From Candidatus Eiseniibacteriota bacterium (lineage in GTDB: Bacteria > Eisenbacteria > RBG-16-71-46 > JABDJR01 > JAWXBZ01), in assembly GCA_034440375.1 (NCBI GenBank), contig JAWXBZ010000009.1, forward strand, positions 1-11,539: DNA of 11,539 nucleotides, in the 5' to 3' direction. The position numbers and the translations under genes were made by a program. A model generated the notes under the pieces. It had not been told where the DNA came from. It worked only from the letters and a program-made list of their open reading frames with translations, and did not search any database. This document shows positions 1 to 7,328 of the stretch, in pieces (position 1 is the stretch's first letter; each line of letters begins with the position of its first letter).

Positions 1-1
1 A

Positions 2-1195
2 CTCGGGTTCAAGTACTTCGGTCCGATTGACGGACACAATCTCCCCGACCTCGTCGACACGCTGAAGCACATCAAGGAAATCGGCGGGCCGATCGTCCTG
101 CATGTTCTGACCCGCAAGGGAAAGGGATACAAGCCGGCCGAGGCCGACCGCCTGGCCCTGCACGGTGTCACCCAGTTCGACAAGACGACCGGCGCCATGA
201 AGAAAAAGACATCGACGGCACCGACCTACAGTCAGCTCTTCGGCGAGGCGCTGACCGAGATTGCCGAGCTGAACCCAAGGGTCGTGGCGATTTCGGCCGC
301 TATGATCGAAGGAACGGGCCTGCGTGCTTTCGAGAAGCGCTTTCCCGATCGCATTTACGACGTCGGCATTGCCGAACAGCACGCCGTGACGTTTGCCGCT
401 GGCCTGGCGACCCAGGGCATGAAGCCGGTCTGCGCCATCTACTCGACGTTTCTCCAGCGTGCCTTTGATCAAATCGTCCACGACGTCTGCCTGCAGAACC
501 TCGACGTGACCTTTGTCCTGGACCGGGCCGGCCTGGCCGGCGATGACGGGGCCACGCACCATGGTGTCTTTGACATGGCCTGGCTCCGGACCGTGCCGGA
601 CATGGTCATCATGGCGCCGAAGGACGAGGCGGAGGCCCGCGACATGCTGTACACCGCCATCGAGCATCCCGGTCCGGCGGCGCTGCGGATTCCACGCCTC
701 GAGGCGTCCGGAGTCCGTCAGGCCAGGGACTTCTCCCGGTTGCCGATCGGCGAAGGGGAAATTCTCAAGGATGGCACCGACGTCACCCTGATCGGCATCG
801 GCACCATGGTCGATCAGGCGCTTCGGGTGGCCGAGGAACTCGAGCGGCGGGGCGTCAAGGCCGGGGTGATCAACGCCCGGTTCGTCAAGCCGATCGACAG
901 TCAGCTCATTCTCGAGCGGGCCCGTCGTTCCGGCCGGCTTGTCGTGATCGAGGAGCACTCCCCGCACGGCGGCTTCGGGGCCGCGGTGCTCGAGTGCCTC
1001 TGCGAAGCGGGTCTCGCCGGCATTCCGGTGCTGCACGCCGCCCTGCCGGACCGGTTTGTTCACCACGGCTCGCGTGAGCTCCTGCTGCGCGAGGTGGGTC
1101 TCGACGTACCGGCGCTGACGGAGCGCATCAACGCCTGGCTGACGGCCCTGCCCGTGCCGGCCCTGCAGAAGGAAGAGGGCCGGTCCGGCGCCTGA
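2..1195 (+). CDS. dxs: 1-deoxy-D-xylulose-5-phosphate synthase, 5'-truncated by the window edge
   Basis: The frame is open from position 2 (LGFKYFGPIDGHN...HVLTRKGKGY) into the listed 197..1195 ORF, so ATG 197 is internal. DXS motifs present: DVGIAEQHAVTFAAG, IYSTFLQRAFDQIVHDV, DRAGLAGDDGATHHG, and the C-terminal INARFVKPID and IEEH...GGFG. Confidence 0.97.
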   Translation, partial: LGFKYFGPIDGHNLPDLVDTLKHIKEIGGPIVLHVLTRKGKGYKPAEADRLALHGVTQFDKTTGAMKKKTSTAPTYSQLFGEALTEIAELNPRVVAISAAMIEGTGLRAFEKRFPDRIYDVGIAEQHAVTFAAGLATQGMKPVCAIYSTFLQRAFDQIVHDVCLQNLDVTFVLDRAGLAGDDGATHHGVFDMAWLRTVPDMVIMAPKDEAEARDMLYTAIEHPGPAALRIPRLEASGVRQARDFSRLPIGEGEILKDGTDVTLIGIGTMVDQALRVAEELERRGVKAGVINARFVKPIDSQLILERARRSGRLVVIEEHSPHGGFGAAVLECLCEAGLAGIPVLHAALPDRFVHHGSRELLLREVGLDVPALTERINAWLTALPVPALQKEEGRSGA

Positions 1196-1246
1196 GGTCG
1201 CCCCCAGGGCAACGGCCTCCGCCCACGGTTCCTGCGCGCCCACAAC

Positions 1247-2149
1247 ATGACGGCAAACTCGGTGATCGGGCTGATCGCCAATCCGGCCAAGGCAACGGCG
1301 CCGGAAGTGGCCAGGAATCTCGTGGCACGTCTGGCCGCCGCCGGGCGACGGGTGTGGCTCGATCCGGCGATCGCGGGCCTGACCGGGGTCCTTCCCGGCG
1401 CTGAATCACGGCCCGACACGGCTGCGCTGGCCGATGCCGATCTTCTCATCGTCCTGGGGGGTGACGGGACGTTGCTCCATGCGGTCCGCACGCTCGAAGG
1501 GAGTCGGGCCCCGATCCTTGGCGTCAACCTGGGCACCCTGGGATTCCTGACCGAAGTCGGCGTCCAGGAACTGGATGAAGTTCTGCCCCGGCTCTTGGCC
1601 GGCGACTTCACGATCGTCGAACGTCCACTTCTCGAAGCGATCATCGAGGAACGCGGCGGGCGCGATGTGGCCCGGCTTATCGCACTCAACGATATCGTTG
1701 TCGACGAGGGGAGCCCGACCCGCCGGGCGGTACGGCTCCAGCTGACTCTCGGCTCGGAATTGGTTGGCACGTTCACCGCGGACGGCATCGTGGTAGCCAC
1801 GCCGGCCGGCTCGACAGCCTACAGTCTCTCGGCCGGGGGACCCATCCTGGGGCCCGGGGTCGCGGCGCTGGTGGCGACACCCATCTGTCCGCACACGCTG
1901 TCGGTCCGCCCGCTGGTCTACCCCGATCGGGAACGGCTGACGGTGGAAGACCTTCGCACCGGACTTTCGGTCAAGGTCACCGCCGATGGACAGGTCTGGC
2001 ACGAAGTGCCGGGTGGGGGACGGGTGCGCATCGGCCGGCACGGCGATCGGACGGCGCGACTGGTCCACTTCGGCCGGTCTACCTACTACGACGTTCTCCG
2101 GACGAAATTGCGATGGGGGAGCATTGATCCTCCACCTTCGGCCCGCTGA
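1247..2149 (+). CDS. nadK: NAD(+)/NADH kinase
   Basis: Motifs LGGDGTLL, GVNLGTLGFL, ALND, DGIVVATPAGSTAYSLSAGGP, TPICPH and C-terminal LRTKLRW. Usual position upstream of recN. No clear SD before ATG 1247, so the exact start is slightly uncertain. Confidence 0.96.
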   Translation: MTANSVIGLIANPAKATAPEVARNLVARLAAAGRRVWLDPAIAGLTGVLPGAESRPDTAALADADLLIVLGGDGTLLHAVRTLEGSRAPILGVNLGTLGFLTEVGVQELDEVLPRLLAGDFTIVERPLLEAIIEERGGRDVARLIALNDIVVDEGSPTRRAVRLQLTLGSELVGTFTADGIVVATPAGSTAYSLSAGGPILGPGVAALVATPICPHTLSVRPLVYPDRERLTVEDLRTGLSVKVTADGQVWHEVPGGGRVRIGRHGDRTARLVHFGRSTYYDVLRTKLRWGSIDPPPSAR

Positions 2150-3897
2150 TGCTGGTCGAACTACGTGTACGGAATCTTGCGGTTGTGGAAGAAATCGTCC
2201 TCGAACCGGGACCGGGCCTCAATGTCATCTCCGGCGAGACAGGCGCCGGCAAATCCATCCTCGTCCTGGCCATTGAGCTGCTCTTCGGCGGCCGGGCCGA
2301 TGCCGATACCATTCGAACCGGCGCCGAGGTGGCCCGCATCGAGGGACTCTTTCAGTTCGAGGATGCTGATTTTTTTCGCCGCCGGGGAATCGACCAGGAT
2401 ATCCCCGATCGGCAGCTCCTCCTCGTCCGCGAACTTCAGAAGAACGGCCGGACGCGCGCCCTCGTGAACGACCAGATGGCCACGATCGGCCGGCTGAAGA
2501 TCCTTGGCGAAGCGATGGCGGATCTGCATGGCCAGCACGAGCACCAGCGGCTGCTTCGACCGGAGAGTCACGTCGATTACCTCGATCGCTATGGCCTGAT
2601 CCCGGGAGCCGATGGACGGAAGGGAATCGTGTCCACCGGCGCGCTCTCGCCCGTCGAGGCGTGGCGACTGGCACGCGAGCGCTGGCAGGTGGCCGTTCGC
2701 TCTCTCGCGGCGCTGGATGCCCGGGGCGGCACGGCCACGGAGCGACGCGCCGCCATGAACGCGGAGCTGGCCGACATCGAGTCGGCGTCACTTGTGCCGG
2801 GTGAGGAAGTCACGCTCAAGGCCGATCGCCAGCGCCTGATCCACATCGAAAAATTGATGTCGGCCGTTTCCCTGTCACTCGACTCGCTGGACGAGGGGGA
2901 CATGGCCATTGACGACCGCCTGGCCGAGATCACACGGCGACTGACCCAGGCGAGCGCCCTCGATCCGGCGCTTTCGTCGATCGTTGACGGAATGAAGCGG
3001 GCGCTGGTCGAATTGACGGAGGCGGGAAGTGAGCTGCGGCATTATCGCGACGACCTTCCATCAGAGCCCGACCGGGCGGCCCGCATCGAGGAACGGCTGG
3101 CACTCATTGGCCGGCTGCGAAAACTTCACGACACCGACGAAGCGGGGTTGCTCGAACGGGCGGCGGCGCTTCGCCTTTCGATTGATGCCCTGGCCGATGA
3201 AACGCGGGCCCGGGCCGCGCTCGCCGTGGAGCGCGAGCGGGCCGCCGCTGACCTTTCGATCGCGGGACTCGACCTGCGTCGCTGGCGGCAGGGCGTGGCG
3301 GAACGTTTCGCCCGCGGCGTCGGCCACGAACTGGCTTCGCTTGGCATGAAGGGGGCCTGCCTCTCGGTTCGGATCACCCCGCTTGAGTCGCCGGACGGCA
3401 TCGAGGTTGAGGGTCGCCACCTTGATCCCGGTTCCGCCGGGTTCGATGAGATTGAATTTGATCTGGCCGCCAATCCGGGGGAAGAGCCCCGCCCCCTGGG
3501 CAAGGTAGCCTCCGGCGGTGAACTCTCCCGCGTCATGCTGGCGCTGAAGGCCATCCTCCGCGCGGTGGATCCGCTGCCGATTCTTCTGTTTGATGAAGTG
3601 GACGCCGGGATCGGCGGGCGTGTGGCCACCGAGGTTGGACGACGGCTGAAGGAAATTTCCACCGGGCGACAGGTCCTGGTCATCACGCACCTGCCGATGA
3701 TCGCGGCGCCGGCCGATCATCACTTTCGGGTGACGAAAGAGATGCGAAAGGGACGGACCGTCACGCTCGTTGCGCGACTGGACCCGGCCGAGCGCGAAGA
3801 GGAACTGGCCCGAATGATGGTCGGCGCGGAGACACCGGATGAGGCCCGCCGAACGGCCCGGGCCCTTCTCGACAGTGCTAGGCGTGAGGCACGATGA
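2149..3897 (+). CDS. recN: DNA repair protein RecN (SMC-like ATPase)
   Basis: Walker [10 protein letters not shown]-loop HGQHEHQ, long coiled coil, [10 protein letters not shown], signature ASGGELSR, Walker B/D-loop [13 protein letters not shown]-loop VITHLP. TGATG overlap with the nadK stop. Confidence 0.97.
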   Translation: MLVELRVRNLAVVEEIVLEPGPGLNVISGETGAGKSILVLAIELLFGGRADADTIRTGAEVARIEGLFQFEDADFFRRRGIDQDIPDRQLLLVRELQKNGRTRALVNDQMATIGRLKILGEAMADLHGQHEHQRLLRPESHVDYLDRYGLIPGADGRKGIVSTGALSPVEAWRLARERWQVAVRSLAALDARGGTATERRAAMNAELADIESASLVPGEEVTLKADRQRLIHIEKLMSAVSLSLDSLDEGDMAIDDRLAEITRRLTQASALDPALSSIVDGMKRALVELTEAGSELRHYRDDLPSEPDRAARIEERLALIGRLRKLHDTDEAGLLERAAALRLSIDALADETRARAALAVERERAAADLSIAGLDLRRWRQGVAERFARGVGHELASLGMKGACLSVRITPLESPDGIEVEGRHLDPGSAGFDEIEFDLAANPGEEPRPLGKVASGGELSRVMLALKAILRAVDPLPILLFDEVDAGIGGRVATEVGRRLKEISTGRQVLVITHLPMIAAPADHHFRVTKEMRKGRTVTLVARLDPAEREEELARMMVGAETPDEARRTARALLDSARREAR

Positions 3898-4469
3898 TCT
3901 TCGTCCTCGATAACTATGATTCGTTCACGTACAACCTGGTGCAGTACCTGGCCGAACTGGGGGCCGAGGTCCAGGTGGCCCGCAACAACGAGGTCACCCC
4001 GGCGGACATCCTGGCGCGCCGACCCGACGGAATCCTGATTTCACCTGGACCGGGTACCCCGGCGGAAGCCGGCATCAGCAAGGAATTGATCCTGGCGGCG
4101 GCCGGCCGGGTGCCGCTCCTCGGCGTTTGCCTCGGTCACCAGGCACTTGCCGAAGTGTACGGCGGGCGGGTCGTCCGCGCGGCGCGGTTGATGCATGGCA
4201 AGACCTCGCCGATCCATCATGACGGACAGGACCTCTTCCGTGGGCTGCCCGATCCCTTCACGGCCACCCGATATCACTCGCTGATCGTGGCACCGGAGGA
4301 TCTGCCGGCTGTCCTCGAGGTGACTGCCTGGACAGCCGAAAAGGAGATCATGGGACTTAGGCACCGGGAACATCGACTGTGGGGCGTACAGTTTCATCCC
4401 GAATCAATCCTCACCGGCTCCGGCAAGGCGCTGATCCGAAATTTCCTCGAGGCGGCGGGAGGCGCCTGA
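3894..4469 (+). CDS. trpG: Anthranilate/aminodeoxychorismate synthase component II (class I glutamine amidotransferase, TrpG/PabA)
   Basis: N-terminal [20 protein letters not shown], nucleophile GVCLGHQ, MHGKTS, RYHSL and QFHPES (Cys-His-Glu triad). ATGA overlap with the recN stop. trpG is preferred over pabA because trpD follows. Confidence 0.93.
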   Translation: MIFVLDNYDSFTYNLVQYLAELGAEVQVARNNEVTPADILARRPDGILISPGPGTPAEAGISKELILAAAGRVPLLGVCLGHQALAEVYGGRVVRAARLMHGKTSPIHHDGQDLFRGLPDPFTATRYHSLIVAPEDLPAVLEVTAWTAEKEIMGLRHREHRLWGVQFHPESILTGSGKALIRNFLEAAGGA

Positions 4470-4473
4470 TTCC

Positions 4474-5505
4474 ATGCTGAAGCCGTTTCTCCGCCAGATC
4501 GTGAATCGCCAACACCTGAGCCGGGCCGAAGCGGAAGAAGCCATGAGCCTCATCATGGAAGGGGCGGCCACGCCCGCGCAGATCGCCGCGTTCGTGGTCG
4601 GCCTGCGGCTGAAGGGAGAAACAGTCGACGAGGTGGCCGGCTGCGCCCTGGCCATGCGAGCCCGTGCCAGCCGCCTCGATACCGGCAACCGGGACGTTCT
4701 CGACACCTGCGGCACCGGTGGTGACGGGGCCAACACGTTCAACATATCCACCGCAGCCGCCTTCGTGGCGGCCGCCGGCGGCGCCCTCGTGGCCAAGCAC
4801 GGCAACCGGGCCGTCTCCAGTCAGTGTGGCTCGGCCGACGTGATGGAGGCCCTGGGCATCACGCTGTCGCTCGATCCGGGCGGCCTCGCTCATTGCCTCG
4901 AAAGGGCCGGTATCGCCTTTCTTTTCGCCCCCAATCACCATGCCGCCATGCGCCATGCGGCCGGACCTCGTCGCGAAATCGCCGTCCGGACCGTCTTCAA
5001 CATTCTCGGGCCGCTGTCGAACCCGGCGGAAGCCCGGCGCCAGCTCCTTGGCGTCTACGCGCCGGAACTCGTTCCTCTGATGGCCGACGTGCTGCGGGAG
5101 CTGGGGACCCAACGTGCCTGGGTCGTTCATGGACACGATGGCCTGGACGAGGTTTCGATCTCCGGGCCGACGCGCGTCGCGGAACTGAACGACGGGGTGG
5201 TGACGACCTTCGACGTGACGCCGGAATCGGCCGGCCTGACCCGGCATCCCATCGAAGCCATCGCGGGACGGACGGCCGGGGAGAATGCGGCGCTTCTTCT
5301 CCACATCTTCGAGGGTCGGGAGCGGGGAGCGCCACGCGATGTGGTTCTCCTCAACGCGGGTGCGGCCCTCGTGGCGGCGGGGCTGGCCGGGACTCTGGCG
5401 GAGGGTGCCCGGCAGGCGGCGGAGGCCGTCGATTCCGGGGCGGCGTTGGAGCGGGTTCAAAGGTTGGTCACAGCCTCCGGGGAACGAGCCAGGAAAGACG
5501 ACTGA
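4474..5505 (+). CDS. trpD: Anthranilate phosphoribosyltransferase
   Basis: DTCGTGGDGANTFNIST, KHGNRAVSSQCGSAD, FAPNHH, RTVFNILGPLSNP and GHDGLDE. GGAGG at 4458-4462 upstream. Confidence 0.97.
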   Translation: MLKPFLRQIVNRQHLSRAEAEEAMSLIMEGAATPAQIAAFVVGLRLKGETVDEVAGCALAMRARASRLDTGNRDVLDTCGTGGDGANTFNISTAAAFVAAAGGALVAKHGNRAVSSQCGSADVMEALGITLSLDPGGLAHCLERAGIAFLFAPNHHAAMRHAAGPRREIAVRTVFNILGPLSNPAEARRQLLGVYAPELVPLMADVLRELGTQRAWVVHGHDGLDEVSISGPTRVAELNDGVVTTFDVTPESAGLTRHPIEAIAGRTAGENAALLLHIFEGRERGAPRDVVLLNAGAALVAAGLAGTLAEGARQAAEAVDSGAALERVQRLVTASGERARKDD

Positions 5506-5510
5506 ACTCG

Positions 5511-5536
5511 CTTCGCCGTCGCTAGCGACGGCGAAG
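5511..5536. terminator. Perfect 26-bp palindrome/hairpin between convergent genes; possible bidirectional terminator or pause
   Basis: CTTCGCCGTCGCTAGCGACGGCGAAG is its own reverse complement. It starts 5 nt after the trpD stop and spans the stop of the convergent gene. There is no good U-tract, so the terminator role is inferred. Confidence 0.55.
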
Positions 5537-7108
5537 AATGTGGGTATCCGTGTCGTACAGATCGAGCGGCACCGGCCAGCGCTTTCCAAAAAATCGGACC
5601 TTTCCCGGAAAGTTGGCCACCACCTCATAGGCGGGGTCGCTGAGCCACTCCAGTTCACGCGGTTTCCGTGCCGTCCAGCTGGTCAGGACCACGATGTCGG
5701 GCTCCGCCGGCCGGGCGGTCCGATAGTCTTTACCCTCGACGAAGCGCCACGATGTTTCGCGGGAATAGGATCCGGGGTTCTCACTGGCCAGGCTCTCACG
5801 GAGCGGAAGATCGGGAAAGTAGTAAATGGCGGTTCCCGCCAGATGGATGAGCGGCGCGTCGGGCAGGTTTCGTCGCATCCAGTCCGACGCCTGCTCCTGC
5901 GGCATCACCCCGACGAACCGTCCGAGATAGGCGATGTCGGCCAGTGCCACGAGGAGGAGCGAGACCATGATGGCAGCAAAGCCCAGCGCTCGATGCCGTC
6001 GAACCAACGCGTCGAAGGCGAAAGCCGCGCTGACCGCCATGGCCGGGAAGATGGGCAGGAAGCGACTGTCGCTGGCCAGGGCGCCGGCCTTGATCGTTGA
6101 CGCCACGAATGCGAGCAGAAAGGCCAGCAGGACCAGCCGCCCGGGGGTGCGGCGCAACCAGAGAATCCAGATACCGGCAAGGCCAGCCAGGAGGAGGCCG
6201 GGGGTCGCCGAATAGAGATACATCGCGATCACCTTCAGAAGGGCCGCCGCCGGACCGCCCTGGGGCGGACCCGCCGCGAAGTAGGTCGTCATCTCGATGA
6301 AACCGTCCCGGAATTCGGAGAAGGCCAGGACGGCGTAGGGCGTTCCGGCCACGAAGGCCAGGAGTGCCGCGAGGCCAAGCGCCGGTGCCTCGACCAGCGC
6401 CTGGCGGAAACCCCGTCGTCGAACAACCAGGAGAGCCGCGACGGCGGCCACCGGCAGGAGGATCGCCGCCGAGTATTTCGTGGTGATCGCGAGGCCAATG
6501 GGGATGCCGGCCAGCATGGCGGACGGCATCCCTGGTCGGTCAAGCCAGCGCACCAGGGCCAGGATGGCCAGTGTTGACCAGAAGGTGACCGGTGAGTTCA
6601 CCGTCATGAAGTGACCGTGGATGACATGGGCGGGGAACAGGGCCAGGAGACCGGCCGCACCCATGGACATCGACCGGGAAGCCCCGAGCCGTCGCGCCAG
6701 CCGGTAGACCAGCCAGACCGTCAGGACGCCGAACAGCACCGACCAGAGTCGACCCGCCAGGATCATGCGACCCACATGTTCCGGATGCTCAAAATAGAAT
6801 CGTTCATCGCCCCGGATATTGATGAGCCCGGTGACATGCGCCAGTGCAAAGGTGCCGCCATACAGGTAGTACTGCAGCGTCGGGTTGAAGTAATAGTGTG
6901 GATTGAAGTCGAGGCGGCCCGGATCCATTCCTCGAAGCACCTGCATCGGTGTCCATTCATCCGGGTTGTAGGGGTAGGCGTGCCGCTCGTTCGGGAGTCC
7001 GAAATCGATGCCGATGAGCCGCAGCGCTAGCGCCACGACGAGGATCGCGCCCATGATTGTCGCGGGGCGTCGGCCCGGGGAAACCGGGGATCCGGCATGA
7101 AGGGTCAT
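5522..7108 (-). CDS. GT-C fold membrane glycosyltransferase (family 39 / ArnT / PMT_2-like), about 528 aa
   Basis: First TM ending ALALRL, then a periplasmic loop with the acidic PDE motif (YNPDEW) and FNPHYYFNPTL. Also GRLWSVLFGVLTVWLVY, GLAITTKY, FVAGTPY and RFLPIFP, about a dozen hydrophobic segments and a soluble C-terminal domain. Start placed at ATG 7108 because the 7180 extension is low-complexity and overlaps the tRNA promoter. Confidence 0.85.
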   Translation of the reverse strand: MTLHAGSPVSPGRRPATIMGAILVVALALRLIGIDFGLPNERHAYPYNPDEWTPMQVLRGMDPGRLDFNPHYYFNPTLQYYLYGGTFALAHVTGLINIRGDERFYFEHPEHVGRMILAGRLWSVLFGVLTVWLVYRLARRLGASRSMSMGAAGLLALFPAHVIHGHFMTVNSPVTFWSTLAILALVRWLDRPGMPSAMLAGIPIGLAITTKYSAAILLPVAAVAALLVVRRRGFRQALVEAPALGLAALLAFVAGTPYAVLAFSEFRDGFIEMTTYFAAGPPQGGPAAALLKVIAMYLYSATPGLLLAGLAGIWILWLRRTPGRLVLLAFLLAFVASTIKAGALASDSRFLPIFPAMAVSAAFAFDALVRRHRALGFAAIMVSLLLVALADIAYLGRFVGVMPQEQASDWMRRNLPDAPLIHLAGTAIYYFPDLPLRESLASENPGSYSRETSWRFVEGKDYRTARPAEPDIVVLTSWTARKPRELEWLSDPAYEVVANFPGKVRFFGKRWPVPLDLYDTDTHILRRR

Positions 7109-7159
7109 GGCGCGGCAGGATACGGGTCCAACCGGGGGAACGCCACCCCGACCCGCTCC

Positions 7160-7188
7160 TTGAAAATTCCTGGCCGGCATGGCACATT
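7160..7188 (+). promoter_or_regulatory. sigma70-type promoter for tRNA-Arg
   Basis: TTGAAA (7160-7165), 17-bp spacer, then TG-n-CACATT (TG 7180-7181, hexamer 7183-7188) followed by a GC-rich discriminator-like stretch, 35 nt upstream of the tRNA. Confidence 0.6.
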
Positions 7189-7223
7189 CGGCAGCCGATC
7201 CGGGCCCTCCGGGTCGGTCCAGT

Positions 7224-7300
7224 GCGCCCGTAGCTCAGCTGGATAGAGCACCAGCCTCCGGAGCTGGGGGTCGGAGGTTCGAATCCTCTCGGGCGCACCA
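7224..7300 (+). tRNA. tRNA-Arg, anticodon CCG
   Basis: 77 nt. Acceptor stem GCGCCCG/CGGGCGC, D arm GCTC-AGCTGGATA-GAGC with the A20 arginine identity base, anticodon stem CCAGC/GCTGG with loop CT-CCG-GA (CCG at 7258-7260), T arm GGAGG-TTCGAAT-CCTCT, and encoded ACCA 3' end. Confidence 0.99.
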
Positions 7301-7328
7301 CCTTCCGACTGAACGCGGGGCCCTCCAC

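Noticed and set aside
686-700. DXS motif reads RIPRL instead of the usual RYPRG
   Set aside because: Both arginines are retained and all other motifs are intact; likely ordinary variation.
2596-2652. Short Gly-rich insertion in RecN ([19 protein letters not shown])
   Set aside because: It lies at the variable head-to-coiled-coil junction, is in frame, and has no intein or repeat features.
4411-5658. Long antisense and alternate-frame ORFs (e.g. 4411..5658 -, 5285..6100 +, 7689..8591 -, 9670..10569 -, 1060..1800 -)
   Set aside because: Shadow ORFs expected in high-GC DNA. They overlap well-supported genes and show no recognisable motifs.
7180-7195. sigma54 promoter (TGGCAC)
   Set aside because: No TTGC or GC at the required GG-N10-GC spacing; the bases fit better as the extended -10 of the tRNA promoter.
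7179-7328. N-terminal extension of the peptidase ORF through the tRNA
   Set aside because: It is simply the translation of the tRNA gene; the signal peptide begins at 7329 or 7356.
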